Source: Marsupella aquatica
Lineage: Eukaryota > Plantae > Marchantiophyta
Assembly (NCBI GenBank): GCA_973895155.1
Contig: OZ316898.1
Coordinates: 8,171,079-8,235,078 of the forward strand
Length of the DNA: 64,000 bases
Direction: 5' to 3'
Positions 1-11,102 of the stretch are shown here, piece by piece. Below the pieces are notes generated by a model. That model was not told the DNA's origin and ran no database searches. It was given only the letters and a program-made list of their open reading frames with translations. Position numbers and translations under genes: made by a program. Each line of letters opens with the position of its first letter. Position 1 is the stretch's first letter.

Positions 1-2
1 TT

Positions 3-304
3 CCCTGAAAAGAAAACTAAAGTGATCGCCCATGGAGAACCTGTGCCTCAGTTTCCCCTTGTCCGCGGGTGAACTCAACATCATCAAATTTTCCAACTCA
101 GTCATTTTTTGAAGGGCACCAACGCTTTGGTGTGGACGCTGGTGCACCAACAGCCTGAGTTAGTGACCATAGCCCTTCCCAGTAACCATACATTTTGACC
201 CGTGACCAGGCCCTCAGTATTCTGGGTGTGTAAAGTCTCCATACATTTTTGACCGTGACCCTGAAAAGAAAAACAAAGTGGTAGTCCATGGAGAACCTGT
301 GCCT
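3..304. repeat. Direct repeat, ~257-bp spacing
   Basis: CCCTGAAAAGAAAA..AAAGTG..CCATGGAGAACCTGTGCCT occurs at ~3-48 and ~259-304. Confidence 0.75.
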
Positions 305-541
305 ATAATAAGCTTCCCCTTGTAGCACATGGCACTGCGAGCTGAAGCTCTGAAAAAAGGATTCAAGGATACGTGTCCTGCAGTTGGATGGAGTAAGATG
401 TGGGCGATTGCTGCAGGACGTGAACCACGCAATACGGATGGCAATAAGCTGAATCTGTAAAATGCGCAGAAAATGTGAGTTGAATCTCTCAAACGCCCAG
501 AAAATGCGAGCTGTAGCTCGCAAAGGAGTGGAGGGAGGAAA

Positions 542-2878
542 ATGTGGGCGATTGCAGCAACATCAGTATCAGCAGGAGCAGGAATTGGAGCACCAGGCAG
601 GGGTGTGGCGGTGGCCAGCCAAGCAGGACGACGAGGCCAAGGAGGAGAACGTGCAGCGGTGAGACGCAGCGCAAGAATCAGCAGCAGCAGCAGCAAAAAA
701 AAACCTGCCGTGCAGAGCTTGTCGAAGGAGGAGCTGCCCCTACTGCTGCCATGGTCTGGATGTGGAGAGAGACTGGTGACAGAGGTCGGGGACTTGGAAG
801 CCTGCATAGCTCGAGTGGCGCTGTCTCTCGTTTCCTGCGCGCTGGTGTACAACACCAGCATCGAGCTGGCTTCCCTCGCCGGATTCTACTGGGCTTGGGC
901 TCCCATCCTCGGCACTGCGCTGCCCAACTTATTTCTGCGACTCCGCTACGGGTATGCTGGTGCGCTTGCGCTTGCTCTTGCCTGCCGCCTGACCATCTCG
1001 CACCTTTCCTCCTGCTTCAACGTAGGTCGATAGACACCCATGAGACTGAGAGAGCCAGAGCTCGATGGAAATGTGTTTGAATTCCGGGGAAACTTAGAAA
1101 CAGAGAAAGAGGGAATGATTTTCTGTTCCACGACCCTCCCTAACTGATAGGTGGAAATCAGCGAGCAGATGAGATAAGCGGCTCCCTGTGATTTTGAGGA
1201 TTTGGAAATTGTGGAACCTGCTTAAGATCAACGGATACCAAAGCATCATGGCGAGTTTGCTAGCGTGGAATTAATCTGTTTCCGTCTTAAATTATTTCAC
1301 GGTTTGTTTCACGACGCAATTTTCATGGAGGAGGAGATTGTCTAGGGTCCAGCCAGTTGTTTGGACTCGTCAAAGTGATGACGGTTGATCTGGTCCGGCA
1401 AATTCGTTAAAAGGGGGCATAGGGAGGAGTGGGTTGAGTTGATTTGAATGCGTGCCTGTCCCAACAAAGCATGTAGACCAATTGAAAGGCGAGAAGCTGG
1501 ACCTGTAATATCAAAGAGGTATTTGTTTTTTGGATTGGATGAATGCAGGTATATGGAGTGCCCAAGTACTTCAAGTAAAGGTTACGAATCCGCCGAAGTT
1601 TGTAGCTGATGACAGCGGAGACCTGCTTGGGAAGTTTTTTAACAGGTTGCCAACGATTCCCTCGACTTTACAACTTGTTATTGGAGACGGCAGTCCTGCC
1701 ACTTTCAGAGTGAGTTCTCCCTTAGACTCGTGCCAGCCTTCACTATAAGCGACCATCATCGGTTTCATATGAAGTCAATATAATTGAAGGTATCACTTAC
1801 CAAGACGTCGCTTGAGCGAGGACAAAGACTAGGAAACATCCCAGGAAAAGGTTGCTACGGTTGAGCATTCGAAGATGTCTGGAAAGCCATTCTGGTAGCA
1901 TTCTCTCCAAGTGATTCAGAAACGTTTTTCGTCAAGCAACCGTTTGTTTCTGTTAATGAACTGGGCTATAGATGATGCGAGGTTAGTTTATTCTTTTTCT
2001 GTCCCTTTCCCTTCCTATGCCACTGCTCCAATTTTTCCAGCACCGTGATAATATCCTCGTATATGTTTGAGAGAGGGCTCAATCACTCAGAAGCAATGTT
2101 CCTGAGATAAGTTCGAACTTCTAGTAATGCCAGCTACCTGCCAAATATGGAGCATTTTATACTTTACCCCGTTGTGCCCTATGGAGTTCACAATATATTG
2201 ATTCATTTCTGTGGATTCTTCCTTTAGGGCAATGCCACACATTATTATTATATGATCATAATAACGAACACGTATCATGTGGCAAGAATACAAACTGACG
2301 TGAATGCAAAATACTTCGGGATTGACGATGCAGCTGTGTAGAGAAGTGATCGCAATGTTGGCCAACCTCGGTCCTTTTGTCAAAAGTTAGAACTGGAATT
2401 CATGTCGAGTGCAGTAGTGTATCTAGAAGTGTGAACCTCAATCACGTCGAGGGTCAGATGTGTCAATTCAAGTTAGAGAAGTCTTCTAAGAAATGAAACA
2501 TGTAAACCAAACGACTCTTTCGCAGTACTTGCGATAGGAACATAAAGTGAGTTCTAGATTGCATGTACATTAGGTTAGTTTATTCGGTGAGCTTGAATAG
2601 TTTTATCAGTATAGTTTATGATGGGCATTTGACCTGGACAACTTCTCCCGCAGATGGAAGTCCCTCTCTCTGATAATATGCCAGAAGTGCAAGCTGGGGA
2701 CCGTGTTAGCTTAATGGTTGTATCGGATGAGCCGTCCTTGTCACGATTTAAAGTTCTGCGGGACCTCTATTTACCAGATAGACAGGGATGGTTATCAGAA
2801 AAACCATGTATCGAGAGAGCCCCATTTGAAGAGTTGCAGGGATCTCTAAGTCCCCCTGTACAGTCATTCGGAAGCAAG
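542..2878 (+). CDS. Probably plastid-targeted membrane protein resembling a conserved cyanobacterial hypothetical family (often labelled 'phosphate ABC transporter permease'); 3' end unresolved
   Basis: Phase-compatible GT-AG exons 542-959, 1549-1709 and 2654-2878. The N-terminus is Ala/Ser/Arg-rich and transit-peptide-like. It is followed by a hydrophobic segment with GFYWAWAPI..N..LR..YGYAGIWSAQVLQV, then LQLVIGDG..ATFRMEVPL, and VVSDEPSLSRFKVLRDLYLPDRQGWLSEKP. These match my recollection of the cyanobacterial motifs (YWLWGPV, YSGFWRGEVLDV, EVGDETGF, SDIYIPS..LWVSDYP). A possible last exon at ~3190-3360 ends LDYDDLYL*, but its phase is not resolved. Confidence 0.75.
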
Positions 2879-5356
2879 GTAAGATTCGTTTTCAATTTTG
2901 CTAATTTTTCTCTTTTCAAGTTGTAATCATTGGATGGCTGTCTTGTGCATATTGTGGGCTGGTCACGAAGCCCCATAGAAGATAGAAGGAACAACGAAAG
3001 CAGTAAGAATCTGAATCTGTAACTCAATGTGAGTGATCGTGCGAGAATTCCTCGCTTGCTGTCTAAACATCTTCATTAAGGTTTGGATTTGTTCCTTGAA
3101 GACCTTGAGATTCACAGGAGTTGATTTGAGATGTGTAGGGAGGTAACGGAAGGCGAGCACAGCTGCTACTTGAAGAAAATACGTTGAGCACAGACAGCGC
3201 GCCCTGGGAAGAGGCACTGAGACGGGATACTAGAATGGAGGAACAAATTCAGAGAAACGAGAGTATACCAGGAAGAGAACTGGACTATGATGACTCATAC
3301 TTGGAGAAGAAAGGAAGAAGACGTGCAAAAGCATTAGACTATGATGACTTATACTTGTGATAAGACACGCCGGAGGTTGTGATCAGAACAGAATCTAGGA
3401 GCCGATGCAAGATGTCGACTCCATTTATACTTCCTGGTCTTCGGAGATCAGTGTGCACAACTCCAGTAATGCAAAGAAGACCGTCGTCATACTGCAAATA
3501 TGCAATCTGTCTTTATAAACCTTGGAGAAAGCAGTGCAAAGAAACGGTTTTGCACAATTTTACCAACACAATCACTTGGTCACTTTTAACGTCGTCAGTA
3601 GACCCAAGGATGTAATTATGGTGCGTATATTTCCACGCATAGGGGACAAGAGATCAGGGAATTCCTGAGCATTGGATTCAAGATTGTGGAAAGCGTTGAA
3701 CAGGTATTCAGTAAGATTAAAGTAGGCTGCAAATAGCGCTCAGCGTTCTCATTTAATTCAGTTATGCACTCGTCTCATGCACAGTTTTTCATCTTGAATG
3801 GAATGGGTCGTATATGCACTGCCGATCGATTTCCAACTCTCTTAACGCTGCCCTTCGTAAACTTCCATCACTATTGAACCTCAAGAGATTCTCATTGCCT
3901 AAACAGCTTCACTCCCAGGCCAAGCTATAAAGCTGTTTAGGCAATAAGAACGAAAAGCCGTTGCGAGATGTTCTTATCGGCGCTGCAATGTGGTTGTGAT
4001 CGCGCTACATTTAAATTTTGTATTTCTTGGACTTGAAATGTTTTTGTTTCGCTTTCAGCTTTTAGTCGAGATATTTTATCTTCGTTTACTCTGCTGCACC
4101 TCAGAGGTAACTTTCTCGACCGTTGCATGTGAATCATCTCTCTGGTGTGCCAGACTCTTTCCATCAGCCCCACTATCTTTTCCTGCTTCAATTCCGAAAC
4201 AGGCGACGCCGCCAGAGTGTGGCCATCATTGTTATGTGGCTTGCCGGGGATCCAGGAAATCAGGATGCGAACCCTCCATCTCTATAAACTTGTGCACATT
4301 TGTAGTAACAGTTAAAAAATGTGCAGCAATATATTTTTGTACGTAAGGTCCATGAAATTAGTCCTTCAGCCGTGGGCTCGATCGCTTGCAATTTCTTTCC
4401 GCTTGTACAAGTTCTGGATTTCCTGTAAACATTGAAACAAAATGAATCTGTTGCTTCAATAACGTATCGATTAAGTTGCCAGGCAGCTGCAAAGAGCTTT
4501 GATGGTGTTGGCAGAACCCGTGAAAGACTTAGGCAAGGCAAAGGAAATGATAGGATATGAAAAGTAATATTTGAGTGGAAAAATGTTATCTTAATGCACC
4601 AAGGTGTGTAATCATATTAATGTGCACAGATTCACTAGACTGATATGCATAAGGCGTGGTTGGTCTCGTCATAAATGATCATGCACAAATGGAAATCATT
4701 TAATGAGGTTGCTTCCTTGTGATCAATTAATCAAAAATCATTCTTCTCTTTAGTATATCAAATAATTTGAGTTACAAGATGATGATCATGATAATGGATT
4801 ACAATCACTTATCAGCCAACTTAACTACATGAACTTGATGTTGTTTAAATCTTTAAGCATCTACTCCTTCCATTCTTGTTGCTATTCTAACTAAAACACT
4901 ACAAACAAGAATGAAAGGTCCGCTTTAATTAACAATTGGCCCTCATTAAATGAAATTGTCTTGAAAAGTTAGGGTTTTATGTGTCTTATAGGATATGGGG
5001 CATGTTCTAATTGGTACATCTATCACTATGCAGTTGATACACATGTATTCACAAAACATAGTAGTTTTAGTTTAATATTTCCCAAAAAATAGCTAAAACT
5101 ATGCATGGGTGTAACTAGTGTTTGGGCCTTAATATTTAGGGGCTAAACAATTTTTTCATGGGATCTCAATTTTTGTTGTTGTTATTGGAGGGCTACAGAA
5201 AGGCTATGAAAGGGCACAACGTAAGGAGGTCATCATGGGACTTTTGTAGAAATTGAGAGTTAGGTTAGATTAGGCTAGGGTTTTTGGTATTCAGGTTTGG
5301 GATTCGAACAAGGGAATTTAGTGGCGGCCAATGTTCATCCCAATTCTAATTTTTAG

Positions 5357-5530
5357 TTTAAACACTTTAGAGCTAGTGGTGGACTTAATCACCCAGCACC
5401 CTCACCAACAGTACTCTTGCTACCTGAACGCCTCCACAGAACTTTAAACACTTTAGAGCTAGTGGTGGACTTAATCACCCAGCACCCTCACCAAGAGTAC
5501 TCTTGCTACCTGAACGCCTCCACAGAACTT
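5357..5530. repeat. Near-perfect 86-bp tandem duplication
   Basis: TTTAAACACTTTAGAGCTAGTGGTGGACTTAATCACCCAGC..CCTCCACAGAAC begins at 5357 and again at 5443. Confidence 0.9.
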
Positions 5531-6184
5531 CACAAGCAAACAACTTGGTGTCTCTCTCACCGCCAGCGACAACTCCCATACAAAACCGCACTCACTCCTC
5601 AACATGACCGTCGCTCAATGGCCTCTACTACCTGCACAAGCAAATATTTCTTTTGCAACTAAGTAAGTCCATCCATGACTTGGCTTAACCATTTTTTTGT
5701 AACTAAGTAATTCGGTTCATGACTTGGCTGAAAGGTGGTATTGCCTGTATGAGCACATGATGAACTCTGAACATTGGAGGCAGTCTGGCTTGGTGGATCA
5801 AGGCAACTCAATGACGGGCCTAAACTTGGCATACCTTCTGGTAATTCCCTGGTCCTCCCTTGAGTACTTCATCTGCATTTCTATTAGTGCTGTGTAATCT
5901 AAAAATCTATGGTTTGCTGTCGTGAGCAGAGTGAGGGCGGAGTTGCTGAGCTCACTTGAAGTAAACTTAGATCATAGCTAGGGAAGCTGCTCTCAAGTCA
6001 TTTCATGTTGACCTGTACCGAAATTGTCTTTAGCACTGTTTGTCTGATCGTGCTTGACAGTTCCCAAAGGTCACTTTATGTTCAAACAAGGTCCCAAGAC
6101 TCTTTGAAACGAGTGACAAAAACCTGAAGTAGTCACAACTACTAAAAGAAATTGGAAGATCCTATTTCCCTTCGTACTTCGTCT

Positions 6185-6675
6185 CTACTTAGCCTTCTTT
6201 AGAAAAGCCTTCTTTATCATGGACCCCCACAACTCACCTGTGTCATGAAATTCAACTATGGCGATGCTCAACCGTGAATGTCTGGTACAGTAAGCAATCG
6301 GCTCAAACTCCTATATAGAACCTTTGTGCTAAAACACAGCACGTCCATCACGAAAACGCAGAGAAGGATGGTCCGATTCCGCTGGAACAGTTTGTAAGCG
6401 TGCAGAAGACCCTATCATTGATTAACGTAGGCCATCTCGTCGCCTCTTCTCAGCTTTCCTTCGAAAATCCTTCTTTATAATAATCGCCCACAAAGCACCT
6501 GTGTTGTGAAATTCACCTATGACGATGCTCAATGTGAATGTCCGGTACAGTAATCAATCGGATCGAACTTCATGTGATTCCAATAGAATCTTTGTGCTGG
6601 AACACAGCACGTACATCACGAAAACAGAGAAGGATGGTCAGATTCCGCTGAACAGTTTGTAAGCCTGCAGAAACA
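6185..6675. repeat. Diverged ~260-bp tandem duplication
   Basis: Blocks CCTTCTTTAT..CACCTGTGT..GAAATTCA..GATGCTCAA..GGTACAGTAA..AACACAGCACGT..GAAGGATGGTC..GAACAGTTTGTAAGC occur twice. Confidence 0.85.
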
Positions 6676-6769
6676 CACATCGTTCTACAAGAAGGGTTCT
6701 ACAGGATGATCATCCACTGCTCCTCTGCTCTGGAGGTGGGTCCTGCGAAGACTCCCCAATTCTTCTCAA

Positions 6770-7249
6770 GTGGATCAAAAGTAAATGTGCGAGAAACGCA
6801 TTAACAGCCCATAATCCCAATATGCTGTTTCGCTACAGTCGATCTGCTCCCCGACACTCGAATAGCCAATGGATTGCGAAGAATTGTTAACCCTTCTCGA
6901 ATGGATCAAAAGTGAATGTGCGAGAAAGCCATCCACAATCCCAGCATGGTGTTTCGCCACAGTCGATTTAATCCCCGACACTCGAACAAGTGCAAAGCGA
7001 TACATATACTTAAAACAGGACACCTTTCGAGCGCAGCACGACAGACAATTGACGACGGGACAGTAGTCAGTAGGAGAGTGATGTTCCATAGGCATGGCGA
7101 TCACGGTGGGACTCGAACAAGTGCAAAGCGATACATATACTTAAAACAGGACACCTTTCGAGCGCAGCACGACAGACAATTGACGACGGGACAGTAGTCA
7201 GTAGGAGAGTGATGTTCCATAGGCATCGCGATCACGGTGGGACTCGAAC
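6770..7249. repeat. Two adjacent tandem duplications downstream of tRNA-Arg
   Basis: A diverged pair starts with TGGATCAAAAGT at 6771 and 6902. A near-identical 131-bp pair starts with ACTCGAACAAGTGC at 6980 and 7111. Confidence 0.9.
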
Positions 7250-7301
7250 CCACAATCTCCCGCTCCGGAGGCGAGCGCCTTATCCATTAGGCCACGCGAT
7301 C
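7229..7301 (-). tRNA. trnR-CCG: tRNA-Arg(CCG)
   Basis: The reverse complement GATCGCGTGGCCTAATGGATAAGGCGCTCGCCTCCGGAGCGGGAGATTGTGGGTTCGAGTCCCACCGTGATCG is 73 nt and folds as a cloverleaf. It has an A box (TGGCCTAATGG), a B box (GGTTCGAGTCC) and anticodon loop CT-CCG-GA. It has no intron and no encoded CCA. Confidence 0.96.
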
Positions 7302-8140
7302 TGAACACTATTATTCTCGATCCAATTGATATAAGTAGTTCTGTTGGGCCTTCACATCCTCAGTTTCTTCCCCGTCTTCGACGTTCTCCATATTGCCACG
7401 ATACAAAACCTATAGCCTAGTGTCATCGCTATTCGCGCAAAAAGTAATTAATTACGGGATCAACAAAATAGTTGGAATACTTGGAAAAACCTAGAAAGAA
7501 TTGTGTCATGTAGGTTTGAAGAATGTTAGGTGTAAAACCCCCAACCCAAAAAAAAAAACTTTGGCTTAGTGCATCCTCGTATAGTGCATCCTCGTATCTT
7601 CAGGTTTTTGTCACTCGTTTCAATGAGGCAACACTCTACGTTCCATGGGATCCGATGCAAATCTTTGACTGACACAAAAACAGTACAATAGTAAAAGTCG
7701 ACTGTAATTGAGTAAAGGCTGTAGTATCACCATGGCGGCATGGCACAACATTTCCCTCCTATTTGTTGTCGTGTACTCCTTAAAAATTAAGCACAAATGG
7801 CAGCCGCTCCCCTTCAATGATTTCCCGGTTGCACAGCTTACACCATTTATGACCTTCCGAATCAGACGCCTGTTAACGAGGCTCATCTCCTAGCCACAGA
7901 CCATTCGCCTTTCTGATTGTTTTATCCTGTTTCCCGCTCATCGACGGTGAAGATTGTCGCAGTTTCCCGGGAGGGCCGTCGATTTACTACTTTTTACTCC
8001 ATAAATTTTTAAGCCCCTAGGCAAGGACGTGGGTACAAGGCGGGGCGTACAGTCGGTTAGCGCATCATTATGCAAATTTTTATTTCTAAACGACAGCTCC
8101 AATATAAGGGGGCAGGTCCCTAATCGGCTACTCTTCATTC

Positions 8141-8560
8141 TCTAGAGGTGAGAAAAAGACCTATACATGCGTTCTCATTGATAGGACCCTAAAGTCATGT
8201 TTTGGTGATTGCCTTAAATACATTAACTATTTATATATGCGATTCTCCATGGAATGGTGAGATCTAAATTTCTAGCAGTACTATGCCCTATGGTGAACTA
8301 ATAAGATGAAATTGATACTCTAAGATGCACAAAACCAAGATACTGTTCACCCTCTAGAGATGAGAAAAAAACCTATGCATGCACATTCAAGTGATATGAC
8401 CCTAAAATCATTTTTTGGTGATTTCTTTAAATATATTAACCATTTGTATTTGCAATTTTTTTATGGAATGGTGAGATCTAAATTTTGAGCTGTACTATGC
8501 AATATGGTGAACTATTACGATGACACTCATACTCTAAGATTCCCAACAATAAGATATGCT
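8141..8560. repeat. Diverged ~211-bp tandem duplication
   Basis: CTCTAGAG.TGAGAAAAA..GACCCTAAA..ATGGAATGGTGAGATCTAAATTT..TATGGTGAACTA occurs twice (~8141 and ~8352). Confidence 0.85.
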
Positions 8561-9749
8561 CTTTTCTATACATGATTGTACTATCTGGGAAATGAGTACT
8601 ATGGCTACACGAAGTACTTTATATAGGACCTAGTGATTTTATAGAACGCAAAGCATGAGTTGAGTATCTCGACTGGTGCACCGTTCATCATCTGCACCGT
8701 CCCTCTACACCGCTAAACAAGCCAAATGGAGTGAAAATTTTGCTGTCACATTCCCTACCTGGAGTGGCAAATGTTTAGAGACCAACAGCCAAATCTACCC
8801 AGCTGCAGACAGCCAGTTTTAGCAAGAATGGTGGTCCCCAAACCAACACGTCATTCAGACCTCCCTTTAAGTACACAGGAGAAGTGGCACAACCAAGACC
8901 CATTTGCACACAATCAAGACCAATTGGAAAGTATGAACCCATGATTTTGGGAATGGAAGTCAGCTTAGTGCTTTTGTGGTATATAAATTTACTGTCTACC
9001 TATCACACACTCTCTATCTCTATGATTTGGGGAGGCTTGACCACATAAGCTGCCATACTACATCCAAGTCCTCTGTGGAAGTTGTTAATGGCAATTTGTG
9101 CAGTACAACTGGTTAACCTTTGTACATGGATTCCATTACTGCCAAGTGCCCTGTCTGCAATTAGTTGAGCCATGCTACCTTTGCCATTAAAACTTACATT
9201 CATGCTCAAGGCACAGGGGATGAGCTATATAGCATGCTCATTCTAGAACATGTTTGAGTTTTGTCTTGTAGTGATTTGAAAGTAAATAAAATATGAGAAC
9301 ATAACTAGAAGGATTGGTGCACAGTGACCAATGAAAAGTACAATCAAGGATGCTACTATGTCTGCACTTAATTCAATGTCCTCATGAATGACACTCATTT
9401 CAATAAAAACCATAAACTTAGGAAAGAAAGACATAAGGGGAACTTAAGACACAATAAGAACCATTTCTCTCACTCGTGAGAATACCTTGTTCAAGTGGTG
9501 GAGCCATTCATTCATCTCTGATAAATGACAAACATCAAAATTTATAAGGGGATTGCCAAAATAAGTTCAAAATACTCTAGAATCTTAAAATTAAAGGGGT
9601 CCATAAATTAAATAAAAATGTATATTATACACAGGTTGCCCCTTGATAAGGCACATTGAAATAAAAATATATGACACCAAAACTTTGAATAAGACAAAAT
9701 CTGAAAGGTGGATTCACCGTATAGCAATTTCAAATTACATTCATGCTCT

Positions 9750-10610
9750 TGTATGAGTCATAAGCTCAGATCCATTTGTTCATAGCTCTCGTGCAAGCCT
9801 AAGACTACTACCACGATAAGCTACCCTACGCTTCCCATGCAAGCTAGAATGCTCTTGTTTCATAGATCCCATGCAAGCTACCATAATAAGCTATGCTACG
9901 CTGCCCATAACGGCCTTGTCCCATGTAAAACCTTGTCCCATGTAAAACTTCTATCCATGCTGAAGGCCTAGGGAATGAGCTAGTCTGAGTCATAAGCTCA
10001 AATGTATTTGTTTTTGTTTCATAGATGCCTTGCAAGCATAAGAATACTACCACAGTAAGCCAAGTATGCTATAAAAAAACCTAGACTTTGGAAACCTTCT
10101 ATCCATGCTGAAGGCAAAGGGAATGGGTTAGTCTGAGTCCTAAGTTCAGATCCATGTCATTCTACAGTAGTTAGAATGCATCTGGTTCATAGATCCCATA
10201 TATGCAAAGTGAATAATACTATTGCAACAACACACGCGAGATCGCATCCGAGCTTTCATTCGAACCTGAGTTTACCCGTCCAGTCTTGTATTCACAGCAG
10301 AGTTAACCCATCCAGTCTTACTTACTGTATCCAAATTTGTTAACAGTGTAACGATAGACTGCGGTAATGACAGAGCTAATCCATCATTCTACCGTTCGAC
10401 CACGGAGCAAAGTGCATTGTCTGGAGTAATCAATCATTTGGTGTAATTCTATCTACAGTAGAAGTCAGAAGTGGCATTGCATTAGTGTACCGATAGACTG
10501 CAGTAATGACAGAGCTAATCCATCATACTACAGTTCGACCACGGAAGAAAGTGCATTGTCTGGAGTAATCAATCATTTGGTGAGAATCTATCTAGAAGTG
10601 GCATTGCATT
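9750..10610. repeat. Cluster of local duplications
   Basis: Three copies of TGAGTC(A/C)TAAG(C/T)TCA.AT.. occur at 9754-10220. A ~138-bp pair AGTGTA.CGATAGACTGC.GTAATGACAGAGCTAATCC.. occurs at 10346 and 10484. Confidence 0.8.
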
Positions 10611-11102
10611 ATTGCTGTGGAGATTCACAGGTGTGGACATGGCAGGCTCTCCTACTAACGGTATTAATATGGAAGTCCGGAAGAAGGGAACTGTTGTGAA
10701 GTTGTCATCACGTGCTTTCTCGACCTCCCCTACTCTCCTCCATTCTAGCGTGCGTGCTCGAATACAATGAATTATCCCCCATCTCTTCACCTCTGTTATT
10801 CATCCCGCACAAATTTCGGTGCAGCAGTAAGCCAAGCCGTTAGATCCCAGTTGCAGATCAGACCCTGTTCATGGGACTCTGATCAGCTCCAAGATTGCCA
10901 TCAAATTGTGCTCAAATTTTATCTGCAGCTAGCCTTGCTCGTGAACCGTGCTGGACGTGTGTGCTGGGAGGCGAGGGATCTGACCGTCGGAACTCGGCAT
11001 TAGCAAGCAGCACACGTTCTGAGTGAGCTCGTCGTTGTCTGAGAACGGAGGTGCGAGAGAGCTAGCAAGGCGGGGCAAGGGAGCAGCATCAGCAGCAGCA
11101 GG

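Noticed and set aside
214-1080. Overlapping ORFs 214-861(-) and 544-1080(+)
   Set aside because: They are alternative-frame or antisense shadows of GC-rich exon 1 of the gene starting at 542.
6869-7197. Short ORFs with a repeated TRTSAKRYIYLKQDTF peptide
   Set aside because: They are explained by the 131-bp duplication of the tRNA trailer.
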